A stretch of 61,562 nucleotides of DNA, filler included, from Globobulimina sp. (GCA_003354225.1; 18 parts of 18 records of this genome joined end to end with filler, not necessarily neighbours in it); one strand, 5' to 3'. Shown: positions 10,521 through 23,993, numbered from the whole stretch's first letter. Program-made: numbers and translations. Notes: generated by a model from the letters alone, not told the origin.

Positions 10521-13513
10521 ATGAGTTGGTATTATTTGGATACCGAAGGCAATACACAGGGCCCAGTGACATCCACATTTATTCTATGCAAATACCACTA
10601 TAAAACAAGGGAAATAACCTCAGCGACGCATGTCTGGAATGTAGAGTGCGGAGTGAAGGAATGGAGTGAATTGGAAAATGTATATAATATAATCGTCAAT
10701 GATACCATCGATGCGATACAGTCTGGAATTGTGAGCAAACGCATATTATCAATCATGATGAACCCATACGACATCTACATTTATAAAAGGAATAAATTGC
10801 CAAACTCTTCCTTACCGATTGGAAAAGCTAAAGTTGAAATTGAGTACAAAGGATATTTAGCAAACACTATGCTGGAAAACGCAGCAAATACGCAAGAATT
10901 ACAGCATTTTATCCAAAATCGTGAGTCAATCCAATTAGGAATAAAAAAAAATGCCTATGGATTAGAGATGGCATTATATAAAATCGGCGAAGGCGAAGAA
11001 TGTTTAGTTTACATTCCGTGGCGTTTAGCATACGGCGAAAAAGGCGCAGGCGATCTAATCCCACCAAAGACGGATATTTTATTTATTTTAACTATGCATA
11101 GAATACAACAACAAGGGGCAACGTGGCAAGTCATCAGATTTGACAAATGGTCCAAAATGAAAAGTAAATGGAACACACAAAAAAAAACTGCAAATATGCT
11201 GTATAATAAAGGTATATTTATATATTTATATGTATTAACACTTTCAGTTTGCATTGAAACTGCAACAAAATTAATATTAAAGACAAGGATAAGAATAATG
11301 TCAAACTAAAGCAGTCCCGCATTGTAACAACAAATCCAAAGGGAGAGAGTCCATCGGTTTCAGCCAAATTAAACGATGACGAAAAACAAGAAAACGAAGC
11401 AAATCAAAATCAAACAAATGTTCGAAATCGATGGAGTTCGAATGGCAAAAAAAATGCAAATAAAACAAACGTAGCAGACCGATGGAGTCATAATGCAAAT
11501 TGTGGTATTTTTTTATTTTTTTATTTATTTATTTTATTTGTATACAAAATCCGGAAAACGTTTTTGTGTTTGTATACAGACTCATTTTCTTCTAAACCAA
11601 TGGCCAGACATTGCAGACCCAAAACAAGTAAAAAATCAAACAGTTTCTCTCCGGATCTACCAAACGAAGAAGAAAAATCAATTGAAAATATTCTAAATAA
11701 TAACGTATCTTATCCACAGTCACAAGCACAGCCACCACCGGCAAACATGAAACATAATGTAATCATAGCATGGGATCGATGGTTAAGAGAACAACAAATG
11801 CCACAATTATTAGTCTCAAAATTATCTGATGGCGGTATTGCTTCATGGGATGAATTGCATGCAATCGAAGAGGATGTGGACGAAGTTGCAAAGGAATTAC
11901 GACTCACAGCATTGCAAAAAATCAAATTAAAAGCCGTTTTGCGTAAATTGCCACCCATTTACGATTTACCTGCAATTCAAACTGAAATTAAACCGCCTCC
12001 ATTACCACCACTGCCACCACCACCCAATCCCATGGAAATGGAGGAGCTCAAACAAGAGGAAGTGGACGGGGACGACCCGCGATATTTAAAGGCACAAATC
12101 GCTTTGTTAAAGGTGTGGCATTGTACGTTGACCTGAGGTTTTACCAAAAAACTTTAGCTTAAAAATATAACACTAACATAGGCAGAGAATTGTCGCTTAA
12201 ATGAGTTATGCGACGAAAACGGCACAAAACAGCAAGTGATGGAATCATGGGATAATTTGTACACTAAAGACATTGAATTGCAATCATTGCAAAACAAATT
12301 GGATGAAGAATGCAAGAAATGTCAAGATAAGCAAATCGAATGTGAGAAGTTATGGAAATTATTAGAATTGAAACAGACTGAAAAGTGTATGGATCTTTGT
12401 GAGGAATTATATAATAATTATTGTGGATCCATAAATGCGTTAATTAATAAATTGCAAACGGAGAGTAAATGCGTGTTGGACGACATAGCAATGTCAGCCA
12501 TTGATGGCATTAAAGAATCGATGAATAAAAATGGTGAGATTTTACAGAAAGAAATGCAAAAAAAAGAAATAAAATTGGATGAAAGTGTAGAAAAATATAA
12601 ACAAATAAAATTAATGGAGGCGGATGTAAATGATAAAGAGATGAGTATGGATATGATATTACGGGTGGATGATTGCGAGGGATTGATGAAAAAAAGACAA
12701 TTAATTCGAATGTGGACCGGGATAAAACTAAATAAATTATTAAATTCAATAAATAACGAAAAATGTAGTATTTTATCATCGATTTGTGATTTATGTTTAG
12801 ATAATAAATACAATGAAATATTTTATAAACATTTTATTCAGGAAATGACAATAAATTTCTATGATTGCAAACTAATAAAAACACAATTTATACAAAATAA
12901 TAGTGATATTTTGTGCAAAAATGGAGAGAAAATAATATTTGATATACCATTAACAAGCAAATTATTGTCAATTGTAAGAAATGTGCAAAGTGAAATAAAT
13001 TTGGTTTATGATGTTTTATGTTTGGACAAATTTATCAAAAATATGAATAAATTTGAAGCAGATATAATTTATAACGATGCATTGACATTTTCTTCGGTGA
13101 TTGGGATAAATTTGACAAATTCAAAAGTTATACAAAATATTATTAAATCAGCAAAAAAAACATCGATTTACGATGAACAGGATAAGGATAATGAAAATAT
13201 TGAAGCAAATTTAAAAAAAAGTGCCAAAATATTTGTGGATAATTTGACCTATTTAATTGTGACTGGATATGCCATGTTAATAATTAAGGCATGCAACGAT
13301 CAAATTGATTATATTCAATGTTTAACGCATTTATGTTTAGCTCATCCAATACATCTAACACAAAATAATAATATTGTAAATAAAGAAAATTTAAATAAAA
13401 TATTACAAAATATACAAACTGATCAATTAAAAGAAATTATTAACGATTATTTCATAAATTTTGGCACAGTTCCATTTGTTGAAAAAATAATTAACGATGC
13501 TAAAAATAATTAA
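10521..13513 (+). CDS. GYF_2-like + FKBP-type PPIase + SAM-like + Pro-rich + coiled-coil protein (4 exons, ~925 aa)
   Basis: Introns 11212-11282, 11505-11579 and 12113-12181 (all GT..AG) keep the frame. 'WYYLDTEGNTQGPV'; 'VYIPWRLAYGEKGAGDLIPPKTDILF'. Confidence 0.75.
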
Positions 13514-13847
13514 TATTCTGTAAATTATATTGTTAAATGTGTTTTTTTTTGCATTGTACACAAATACTTTATTGTTTTTGGTTGTTTCCTTCCATTTGAA
13601 TCATGATCGGGTNNNNNNNNNNNNNNNNNNNNNNNNNNNNNNNNNNNNNNNNNNNNTTAATTAATTAANNNNNNNNNNNNNNNNNNNNNNNNNNNNNNNN
13701 NNNNNNNNNNNNAATTTAGTTCATTCAGTATATCACCAAATACTAAAAACAATATTTTTGATTATTTTAAAAGAGAATATATTAAATTAAAAAAGCTGAA
13801 CCCCGACCCCAATAAAAAAAAATAAACGGAAATAAACAAAAAAAAGG

Positions 13848-16450
13848 TTATAAACGTTTAACAAAACATAATTCATTGACAGATGAAACTTTTATAATAT
13901 TATCATTATTTGCTTGATTTACTAAATTTTTATGAATTGTTTTTCTTATTTTTTGAATTTCCTGATATAAATTGGCTTTTACCATTCCAATATAAATTGA
14001 TCCAATCATAAAATATATTTCGTTATCTTGAGATAAAAATGGATCATTTTCAAAACTATCTAATCCATATTTTCTTAATTCTTTTAATTCATCAACATCT
14101 CCTAATTCATTTTTGCAATTTACACTCTTCGATTTATATTTTTTTTTATTTTTCTTTTTTTTAATCGACAGTCGTTTTACCAAACTCTTTCGTAATGCTT
14201 TAAATTTTGATTTTGACGGAGATTTTGTTCTACTTTTACTTGGACTGAAATTTATTAAATTTTTATCAATTTTTTCAACTGTGTCACTTCTGTCACTTCT
14301 ATCACTTCGATCACCTTTATCGATATCACTTAAACTGACTGATGCTTTGCTCGCTGAATATTCAATATCTGATGTATCAAATCGTAAACCATTGCGTTTA
14401 ATAATACCTTCTAACTGTTCCGAGTCTTTTTTTATATGACATTGCCTATTATTTTTTAATGAATTCCAAAATATTGGAATTTTAAAACCAATTTCTGTTA
14501 AATCATATTTTAAAAAATTTGTAAACGTTTTAAATCCTAAACAATTGTTATTATAATTATTACCATTTTTATTATCTTTTTCATATATTATTAATGTATA
14601 ATAAAATAAATCCATATTTTTATAAATATTGACTCTTAAACTTGTCTGCGAGGATAATAAGTTATTAATTTTATCAATTAATTGTTTTTCAATATCTAAT
14701 GTAACTAAACCAACAGTGTTGTCACCAAAATTATCTTTAATATAACTTATATTCATTAATTGTAATGATATTAATCCGATGCAATTTGAACCACAATTAT
14801 TACATCCAAAAACCACACCTTTTTCTTCTCGAAATAACGCAAAAAAATTTCCTTTTACTGGATCCGGAGTTTTATAATCATGCTCGATTTGTTTCTCTTC
14901 GCGATCGGTATAACTTCCCTCCATCTCATTGTATCCATTATTTGTTGCTTGGAATTCTTCTTTTTTTTCATTATTATTATTATTAACAACTCTGTTTATA
15001 GTTATTTTTGTATTTTTACTATTTTTATTTTCCAACTTATTCTCAATCATTTCAACATATTCTTTAATAATTTGTACAATTTCATGATGTTTCACTGCAA
15101 ATGTTCTACATTTTAATTTTTGAAGTCTTAATCTTTTAATTCTGGAATCAATTTGAATATCTTTCAAATCATTTAATAAACATTCTAATTTATATTCCGT
15201 CTCTTTATTAAAATCTAATTTATCCAAACTCCGCAATATTTTATCACTATTTTTATAGTAATCCCTTTGCGTCAGAATATTTTTAATATGCATTGGTGGC
15301 AAACCCATCGCTCCGAACATCAACGCAGTGGCTACAAATAAATGGTTTGGTTTCACTCCATTTTTAATAAAAACATCAACAAATTGTTTCTCTCCAATTG
15401 AAATTAAAAATTCTTTAAATTCTCGGTCATTCCATGAATTCATATCCATTAACCATAATTTCTCCGATTTTTTACGCGATTCACTGTTTTCAATTGGTTC
15501 ATTTATCGATGATGTAATATTATCACTGTCATTATCAGAACCAATCTCTGATAGCGGTGATAATGGAGAATGCATTAAAAATTGTGATGATGGCGAGTTT
15601 GGATGCGATCCACTTTGACTCTCGATATTTATACTCACTTCGCGTGATATATTACGCATATTTTTTATATTTTGTGGTACCGGTTGTAAATACACTGTAT
15701 TTTTAATATTTTTCACTCGAAATGGTGTCGAATTTGGATAGTCGACTAACATTTGAGTAATTGCATCCAAATCGTTAGTATCAAATGTACGGCCGATATT
15801 ATTTACTACAAATCTTGAATTTGTTCGATTGTGTGGTTTCTGACCCTGTGTACATGTCGATGTTACAGAATGTCTTCGTTTTGGTTGATTGCTGGTAAAT
15901 TCGTGTTTATTATTCCTTCGTTTCGGTGATAGAAACATTATCGGTGATTTATCAGTTGATGAAAGTGTTGGTGTATACAATGTTAATTTCATAGATGCGG
16001 CTTTGCCGAAATTACTTCTCAATTTATCTGTTTATATTACATAAGTACAAACATATGGTTTGCCATACAAACAAACAAACAAACAAACACAAACCTGGAT
16101 ATTTAATTTTTCTTTGCCTATAAAGTGTTGTTCCGCTGATAATATCAATATTATTTCCGATACAATCCGCTGCTTTGATTGGGTCAGATGTCACATAGCA
16201 CGTCTTTGGAATAGATAATGTATATGAAATTAATTGGTTTTCTTTTATTGTATTACCACATTGTCCATCAATCAGAAATTGATGAATTGATTTCCATTTT
16301 TTATTACGAACATATCCACTTTTTTTATTCCAATCAATTTTTGTAATCATACCTTGATGACACGTTTCTGAAACAACCGCGATTTGTTCGGTTTTACTTA
16401 AATTCTGAACATTTTTATTTGTTTCTGCAAATTCTGCGTTGAATATAATT
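13848..16450 (-). CDS. SAM-domain protein with possible degenerate GGDEF-like C-terminus; 5' end rearranged; intron 16094-16028
   Basis: SAM-like 'WNDREFKEFLISIGEKQFVDVFIKNGV...MGL'. The GTTTGT..AACAG intron joins ORFs 16024-16350 and 13848-16022 in frame. Confidence 0.65.
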
Positions 16451-17039
16451 CATTGTATCCAATCTAATACATAGCATCATGAGAAATACATGATTACAAA
16501 TAGCGGAATTATTGAAAATGCCCAGTTTGCCATATATTTTACAAACCAAGTGTCAGCAGAAACGATTTATGAAACAATGAAACCAGAGTCAATTTTTTCA
16601 TGTGCGATTCCAAGAAGACAATTTTTAACATCACCAAACAAAGATCAATTTATACCGCAAACAATGCGATCGTGGAAATGGAAAAAAGAACTTAATTTAC
16701 ATGAAGATTATGTCGAGTATTCCTTTAAAAATTGTTACCAAATCGAACATGCCATCGAGAACAAACATGACACGGTGGTCTTAGCTATCAAAGATAAGCA
16801 AACAATTACAGATAAAAATAATATTGGCGACGAGAATCAGGATTCAAATAATACAAAGAAGAGAAAAAAAAGGAAACAAAGTAATGAAAGTAATGATGAA
16901 TGCATATGTGTATTAGCATGGCATTTAATTATATTTAACGCAGAATTTGCAGAAACAAATAAAAATGTTCAGAATTTAAATAAAACCGAACAAATCGCGG
17001 TTGTTTCAGAAACGTGTCATCAAGGTATGATTACAAAAA
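16338..17039. repeat. 113-bp inverted duplication (16338-16450 vs 16927-17039), 2 mismatches
   Basis: Direct reverse-complement comparison; both copies encode IIFNAEFAETNKNVQNL(N/S)KTEQIAVVSETCHQGMITK. Confidence 0.95.
16490..17039 (+). CDS. Upstream coding segment of the gene at 13848-16450 (or a close paralogue), inverted
   Basis: Its last 37 codons duplicate the start of the minus-strand ORF. Confidence 0.65.
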
Positions 17040-17139
17040 NNNNNNNNNNNNNNNNNNNNNNNNNNNNNNNNNNNNNNNNNNNNTTAATTAATTAANNNNN
17101 NNNNNNNNNNNNNNNNNNNNNNNNNNNNNNNNNNNNNNN

Positions 17140-19675
17140 CATACATGAATATGGGTAAGTTTATGATGTCCAATGGTATGCACTCATACATATTTAAGTT
17201 GAATTCACGAATAAAACCGTGAATTAATAATGGTATTTTCTCCTCGGATGAATAAAATAATCTTTTTTCACCTTTGCCTTTACCAAAATTAAATTTGTAT
17301 TTATTTATTTCATGAATGCTGTTGTTATCATACCGTTGCAACAGCGCTTGTTGTCTGGCAATCTCATTTTCACTCAAAAACTGTAAGATGCTCGTTAACT
17401 TAATGCAGGTGGAAGAAAAATGTAACTGCCAGTTCACTAATGAGAATTGTTGCATATACGTCTCTAAATTGTAATGATTGCCTAATAACATTGGCTGCGA
17501 CCATAAAAATATTAGACTCACATCATTTGCAATCTTTTTATGCGTAATATCTTCAATTAAAGACGCACAAAATCCATCATTCATGATAAAGTCGTCCGGC
17601 ATTAAAATAATTATAGTCTTACATTTTACAAATAAATTGCAGAGATTACCTATATTTAATATCTTATTTCCATCCTTTTCTTTGATAAATATATCACTTA
17701 AAAAGCCATAACAATGCTCGTCCATAATGTCATGATAATTATATTTAATTTCATCGCTCATATTTGTCAAATAATAATATAACAATTTCTCAATATATTG
17801 CGGCAAATCATTCATGTGATACTGGGAGGTGCTTAATATATGATTTAGTATATTTTTCATTATTTTCTGACCAGTCGCAGTCATCATCTCCCTCTCAATG
17901 GATAAGCCATACATTAATCGTAAAATGGCATGTAAGCCTTCCATATAATACCTATACGACATACAGGCTTTGCCTTGACTCACTTGACTAATATCATAGA
18001 TGCAGGCAATACGTAAAACATTCTCATCGCCAAAAAATAAGACCTCCGATTCCAAATCAAACGATGATATAAAGCTACAATCGAAATAAGCTGCATTCTT
18101 ATCCCTATATTGCGATAATTCCATTATCATTCCGTCACGAGGAGCGCAGGCAAATTGTTGCATAATATTGAAATTTGTGGAGGCGCTCAATGGCACATTG
18201 AATCGACCAATAATTTTATGGCATTTATAACCACGATTCACCACTCGGAAAAATGATATTTTATCATTATTATCTGCTACTTTTACGCCAAAGCGATGCA
18301 CCGTTTGCACCAATAATTCGGCCCACTTTGCAAACGATACAACTTTATTTTTGACATCAACTATGTTTTCATTGTGCTGCACTCGAAAGGCGGCACATAA
18401 CAAAGCAGACCAAGCGGGATAACACGTATATAATCTCATAGCATACAAATGTTGAATGGATAATCCACGTTTGCGAATATATTCATTCTCCATCAAACAC
18501 ACACATTTATAATGCACTTTATTCCATACAGACACAGTGCATTTAAGGTGTGCATTTTCAGACATTTCCTCTTTTAAATGGTCATGTTTTGCTGCCATAT
18601 ATCTCTCATCATTTTTCATTGACTCCCACACTGAAAATCTGATGCCAATATTATATATTTCAATGTCTTGCGCGTCGCTTTGATGTTTTTCATCATCTTT
18701 CTTGTCGTCGGCATTTTTCCCTTCGTTTGCTGCTTTTTTGCTGGGCGGGACAGGTAATCGCAATATGTCGCCATTGTACAGGAAATATCGATCCGTTGCT
18801 TGTCCCATGTCCCATGCTAATGCGATTAAAAACTTTTCCGCAGTCTGATCATCGGCATTTGTAAACACCTTAAATTGAGTTAATTTATCTTGCTGTTGTT
18901 GGCTGAATTTAGTCTCGGATTTCTCTTCATTTTCACTGTTATTTATCAGACTTTTTAAGTCAAGTTGGTCATAATTAACATCGTCGTATAGCTCACTGAA
19001 TTTATTAACATTATTATGGTGCATTATAAGTTTGTATTTATTTATTTTATTTTTCATAATGTTTGAGATATATTTTAATTTTATATTTTCAATCTCATCA
19101 TCATTGGCCATGGTGTTTAATTGCTTATCAATTGCAATCATATCATTTGGATGTAGTCTATAAATGTCATATGAATGTAATAGATACGTATGAATGCGAC
19201 ATAATATATCTATGATATATTCATTATTGTCATTGTTGTCTGGATTATTATTATTATTATTTAAGAGTGTTTGAGATAACGTACGATCACTAAAATGTTT
19301 TTTAATCAGTTGACAGTGTGCTATGTCACATTGTGTTTTATTTAATTTATCATCTTTGGTTAAAAAAGAAAATACTTTATCAAATTGTATATGGTCTTTA
19401 TGGATGTTATGATGGTATTTTATATGGTAAAAATCATTTAATAGTGCTTGACAATATTTATCATCATTGTTCGCGATATTGTTGTTTGGATTATCGCCAA
19501 GTTCAACTAATGCTGATTGGATACGTGACAAAGACTGACAATTTATGACGTCTTTAGTGCATAGATTGGATTCTTGGACAACATTTTTGAGCTCATCATC
19601 AAACGGATTAGTTGATGTCTGGCCTGTGTCAAATGGATCGATTGAGTCTAAAGGTATATCTTCCATGGCATCCAT
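17140..19675 (-). CDS. Cys/His domain + UBA-like + mono-ADP-ribosyltransferase-like protein, 3'-truncated
   Basis: UBA-like 'KLTQFKVFTNADDQTAEKFLIALAWDMGQATDRYF'; ART-like 'AMRLYT...FFRV...PLSASTNF...ISSFDLESEVLFF'. Confidence 0.65.
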
Positions 19676-19972
19676 GCTGACTTGTACTCAAAGTGAAAAC
19701 GTCATAAAAACTTTTTTTTTAGAAAGCAGAAACAATGACACCAGCTTCTGAATTTTTTTATTTGGTATACAAAAATTAATGCTTCCATGAAAATGAGATA
19801 TAAATTTAATCACACATTTGATTTATTAAATATATGGTTGTTAGGGCATATTTAATAACATATAATGGATGTATTGATAATTAAACACAATTTCATAGAC
19901 AGAGAAAAAAATGGGTATAGGGCATTGGAAACAATTGTTTTTGGAATATATTTTCTGACATGTGCTCAGTGC

Positions 19973-20466
19973 TCATGTCTTTGTTGAAGATTGAGATTCT
20001 AGATTGAAGATTGAGTCATCTGTATCTAGATCTTTTGTTGTTGTTTGAGCCAAATTCACAGCCAATTCTTTTTTATGGTTATTTTTAACATATTTAGTTT
20101 TAATATTATTTGTTTGTTTTGTTTCATTATTATTGTTATCGTTATTATTGTTATCATGATATATCCATTCAATATATGGACTGTATTTAATTAAAACACA
20201 CCGATTTCTTTTCATCACTGTAAAAAAAGCTTGTTTCCATGGGAATAGTGCTAATATTTCAAACATCAATTTTAAAATAACTAATGATACAGCACTGATA
20301 CCCCAAATTAAATGAATTAGTGGTTTATGGAATATATCCAATATTTGAGTTGCTATATGTTGTCCACATAATGCGTGTAAATATGTATTACAAACATCAA
20401 ATTTATAACACATTTCATCTTCTTTAATGTAGATTTCTCGCTTATTTAAAGAAGAACCATTTGATT
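19973..20466 (-). CDS. Hypothetical membrane protein C-terminus, 5'-truncated
   Basis: Frame is open to the contig end, with one hydrophobic segment and an Asn-rich tail. Confidence 0.45.
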
Positions 20467-20709
20467 NNNNNNNNNNNNNNNNNNNNNNNNNNNNNNNNNN
20501 NNNNNNNNNNTTAATTAATTAANNNNNNNNNNNNNNNNNNNNNNNNNNNNNNNNNNNNNNNNNNNNAAGTTAAAAACTTTACATAAAAAACCATTATTGT
20601 GTAAAGTTTTTCACTGTCAAGAAATACAACTCCAATAATAATGTATGTACTACCTATTTATGATCGATTGATCGTGCCGTACGTACTCAACGTACACACT
20701 CAATTAAGG

Positions 20710-22569
20710 ATGGATGAAATACCATTCTGGTTTAAGTACCCGCATTGCATGACATTTATTTGTGCTATATTTTTACCAATATTTATTTATCAAGTATTCA
20801 AAGGTGTATTTAGTTCAAATGCAGGAAGCAAACGCACATTAAAATTTAGTTTTGTAACCAAATATTTTTTATTAGCCGCAGTATCCTTCTCCTATTCATA
20901 TGTTGTCACCACATCTTCCCAAACTACATTAATGTGGATCAATGTAAATAAGCTCAATTCATTCAATCCATCGCTATGGTGTCCGTTATTTGCTTCGTAT
21001 CGAATGTTTTCATATGTTACAGGTCGCTCGTTATTATATTGTTATTTTATCTATCGAGTAAATGACATTTTCAATGGAACATACTTAGAATTTAAAAAAT
21101 CTCTAAAATATGGATTACTTTCATGGATATATTGTGCAGTCGCAATAATGGCTGTGTCCTCTTCATACGTTTATTTTGCGTTGGAATCTTGGATAATTCG
21201 CCCTGATCAAAACGGCAATGGATCCTATTGTCAATCTGATGACGCTGCAGCTAATTATATTAAATATATATTTTTGTTTGGCTCATTTAACGATTCAGGA
21301 TATTCCATCATTACTATACTTTTGATGGTGTCTCGCTTATTCCTGTTATTAACCGACAATGAGCGAAAAAAATCGATCGGTCAACGCTATAGATTTAGCG
21401 GGGAGAATGCTGAAGGTTTGTCACATAAAAATTGGTTTACACTCTGTAGTATTAATATATATTTATGATTGCAGATGAAATTAATGCGTCATCACCAGAG
21501 TCATTGCAAAGAGTGGTTAGTATGTCATTGGAGTCACCAAATGGATCCGACGCACATAGTGGTTTACCGAGTGGCTCTGGTTTTGATAACTCCGCGTTTC
21601 CAGTGTCAGATCCTTGTGTTGAGAATGCAAACGAAAAAGGAAAATCACAGAAACATGTTGTTGTATCAAAAATTGATGCAATCAATTTTCATGATAAAAC
21701 ATATAGCCATAATAAATTAATATTGCTGATCAGTAAATTTTTTATTATTTTAAGGTATGTGTAACTATAAGGAATTAAATAACTGCTACCTAGCCGAATA
21801 TATTTGTTTTTAATTTTGTTTTCCAAAATGTTTATAGAAAAAGTTCTGACGTTTAGTAATTTGTTCTTAACTTTTTTTTCAATATGTTTGTGTAGAATTT
21901 GTCTATTTTCATTTATTTAAAATAGAATCGACAAACATTTGTCTATTTTGATTTATGTAAACTGAGAATCGACAAATTCTATACAAATCTTCACGGAATG
22001 AATGCGTGATACATTTGTGCTGATGACTGATTATTTAACTCATTTGTACTAAAATTGAATTAAGCACTGTGGTGATATCAAGCCAAGTGGTATTATTTAT
22101 CTTTATGTTGTTGCGAGATTATGTGTTAATATTATACTCAACGGATACAATAATAAATATAACATGTCTTTGGTTGTCATTTAATTTTAGCGATGATTAT
22201 TATAATAAATATTTTTGTGGTCGTTGTTGCACCAAATGCTGTTTTCCATTCATAAAAGCTTTAGCTTTAACATGCAATCAATATGAAACCAGCTATCAAC
22301 AATCTCATAATATGGATGCCTGCGTTGCAAATAAATGTTGTATTTTCTGTAGATGTTGTTGTTTCGCATCATGTCGATATCAGTTATGTTGTAATTGCTG
22401 TTCAGATGACATTACTCCAAAAGAGATTTATCAATTAGCAAAGTTCGAAATTGAATTAATGGTCGGCATAAATGAAGGTAAATCTGTTAGTGATAAAATC
22501 GCACATAGTCAATCACAAAAAAGTGTTATGATGTCTTCGGTCGATAAAACTAAAACAAGTGATGATTAA
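20710..22569 (+). CDS. 7TM GPCR-like protein with Cys-rich tail (3 exons)
   Basis: Introns 21416-21474 and 21755-22064 keep the frame. Seven hydrophobic segments, Cys before TM3 and in ECL2, 'D..IN..C..L.F' in TM7. An alternative ATG exists at 20641. Confidence 0.7.
21887..21987. mobile_element. MITE-like palindromic element inside an intron
   Basis: 17-bp terminal inverted repeats (TTTGTGTAGAATTTGTC / GACAAATTCTATACAAA, 1 mismatch) enclosing two tandem self-complementary ~40-nt units. Confidence 0.6.
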
Positions 22570-22706
22570 CCTTATTTTTTAATTGTATCATATTTTTGTA
22601 CAGTATGTGTTTGAGATATTTTCTGTTAGGTCAAAAACATGTTTTTCTGTTCAATAACATGTTTTTCTGTTCAAACAACTTGTGAGGATGTTGCACTTCT
22701 GACAAA

Positions 22707-23801
22707 CTACAATCTAGAACGATATTTCATTACATTTCTTTTCAATGCTTTCATTCCTAAAATTGCTCCAAAATCCAAGATATCACGAGATAACGTCTTA
22801 GCAACAATGGAATCTGGCGATTGTTCATATATTCGATGGAGCATTACATTAATACGATACCAATATAACCCACAGTAAAAATTCCAATCATTATTAATAT
22901 TTTTTGTATAAACTTCTATATTTTTCACCTTAAATAACATTAAATAATAAATATATTTTTTCACTACATCATTTTCCGTAGGAATACCAATTTCTGTCAA
23001 TGACTCAATATTACCAAATCCATTAAAGTGTACTGGAATGTCCTGTTTCTGAAACAACATTTCTTGAAAATGTTTAAACCTCCAAATTGAAGTAAAATAT
23101 GATACATCGAACAATGGATCGCCGATACAACAATATTCCCAATCCACTACAGCTAATATCCTATTTTGTGAATGATGCCATATCACATTTGATAAAGTAA
23201 AATCGCCATGAACCAACGCTTTGGGAGTGTTATTTTGTAAATATTTAAAACTTCTCACCATATCTTCAAAAATATGTAAATTTTTTGCATATTTTTCATT
23301 ATTTTTGTGATTTATTATCAATGAATGATCGAATTCATTCAAGTATCCTTCTTTTGTGAATGGATAATCATTTTGCATTTCAGCCAAACCTAATTTATGA
23401 TAATCCACACAATGGATTTTAGCAATCACTTTAATCATTTCATCATATATTTGTTGTCTGTCTTTTTTAGTCAATGAGGGTAAATATGGTGTTCCCTGAT
23501 TCATAACTCTTCCGTCAATAAACTCCATCAAATAAAATGGGTAACCAATAATTGAAGAATCACTACAGAAATTTAACATTTTTGGAACAGGGACAGATGA
23601 ATGTTTATACAGTGCTGACATTACTTTATATTGTTTAAGTATTAATTGTTCTGCTGAATATTTTGAAGGGTCCGGTGGTGCTTTTCCTAGTCGTAATAAA
23701 TATTTTTGATTGCCATATTTTAATAAATATGGTGGGTTTACATAACCAGTGGTAAACACAAATATTGACAACGAGTATTCTGTATTTTCTTTTATTCCCA
23801 A
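22707..23801 (-). CDS. APH/choline-kinase-like phosphotransferase (ACAD10/11 N-terminal type), 5' end uncertain
   Basis: 'VPVPKM...SSIIGYPFYLMEFIDGR', 'LVHGDFTLSNV', 'VVDWE...GDP..D'. Confidence 0.85.
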   Translation of the reverse strand: MGIKENTEYSLSIFVFTTGYVNPPYLLKYGNQKYLLRLGKAPPDPSKYSAEQLILKQYKVMSALYKHSSVPVPKMLNFCSDSSIIGYPFYLMEFIDGRVMNQGTPYLPSLTKKDRQQIYDEMIKVIAKIHCVDYHKLGLAEMQNDYPFTKEGYLNEFDHSLIINHKNNEKYAKNLHIFEDMVRSFKYLQNNTPKALVHGDFTLSNVIWHHSQNRILAVVDWEYCCIGDPLFDVSYFTSIWRFKHFQEMLFQKQDIPVHFNGFGNIESLTEIGIPTENDVVKKYIYYLMLFKVKNIEVYTKNINNDWNFYCGLYWYRINVMLHRIYEQSPDSIVAKTLSRDILDFGAILGMKALKRNVMKYRSRL

Positions 23802-23993
23802 AAACGCCGGTAAAAGTAACTTTATTTTACTTTACTATATCATCGTGAAACTCATTATTTTATACAGAAACACTTTTATTTTCAAAAAACACTNNNNNNN
23901 NNNNNNNNNNNNNNNNNNNNNNNNNNNNNNNNNNNNNTTAATTAATTAANNNNNNNNNNNNNNNNNNNNNNNNNNNNNNNNNNNNNNNNNNNN

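Noticed and set aside
19973-20466. Alkaline ceramidase C-terminus
   Set aside because: 'HLIWG' only loosely resembles HxxWH and the second His is missing.
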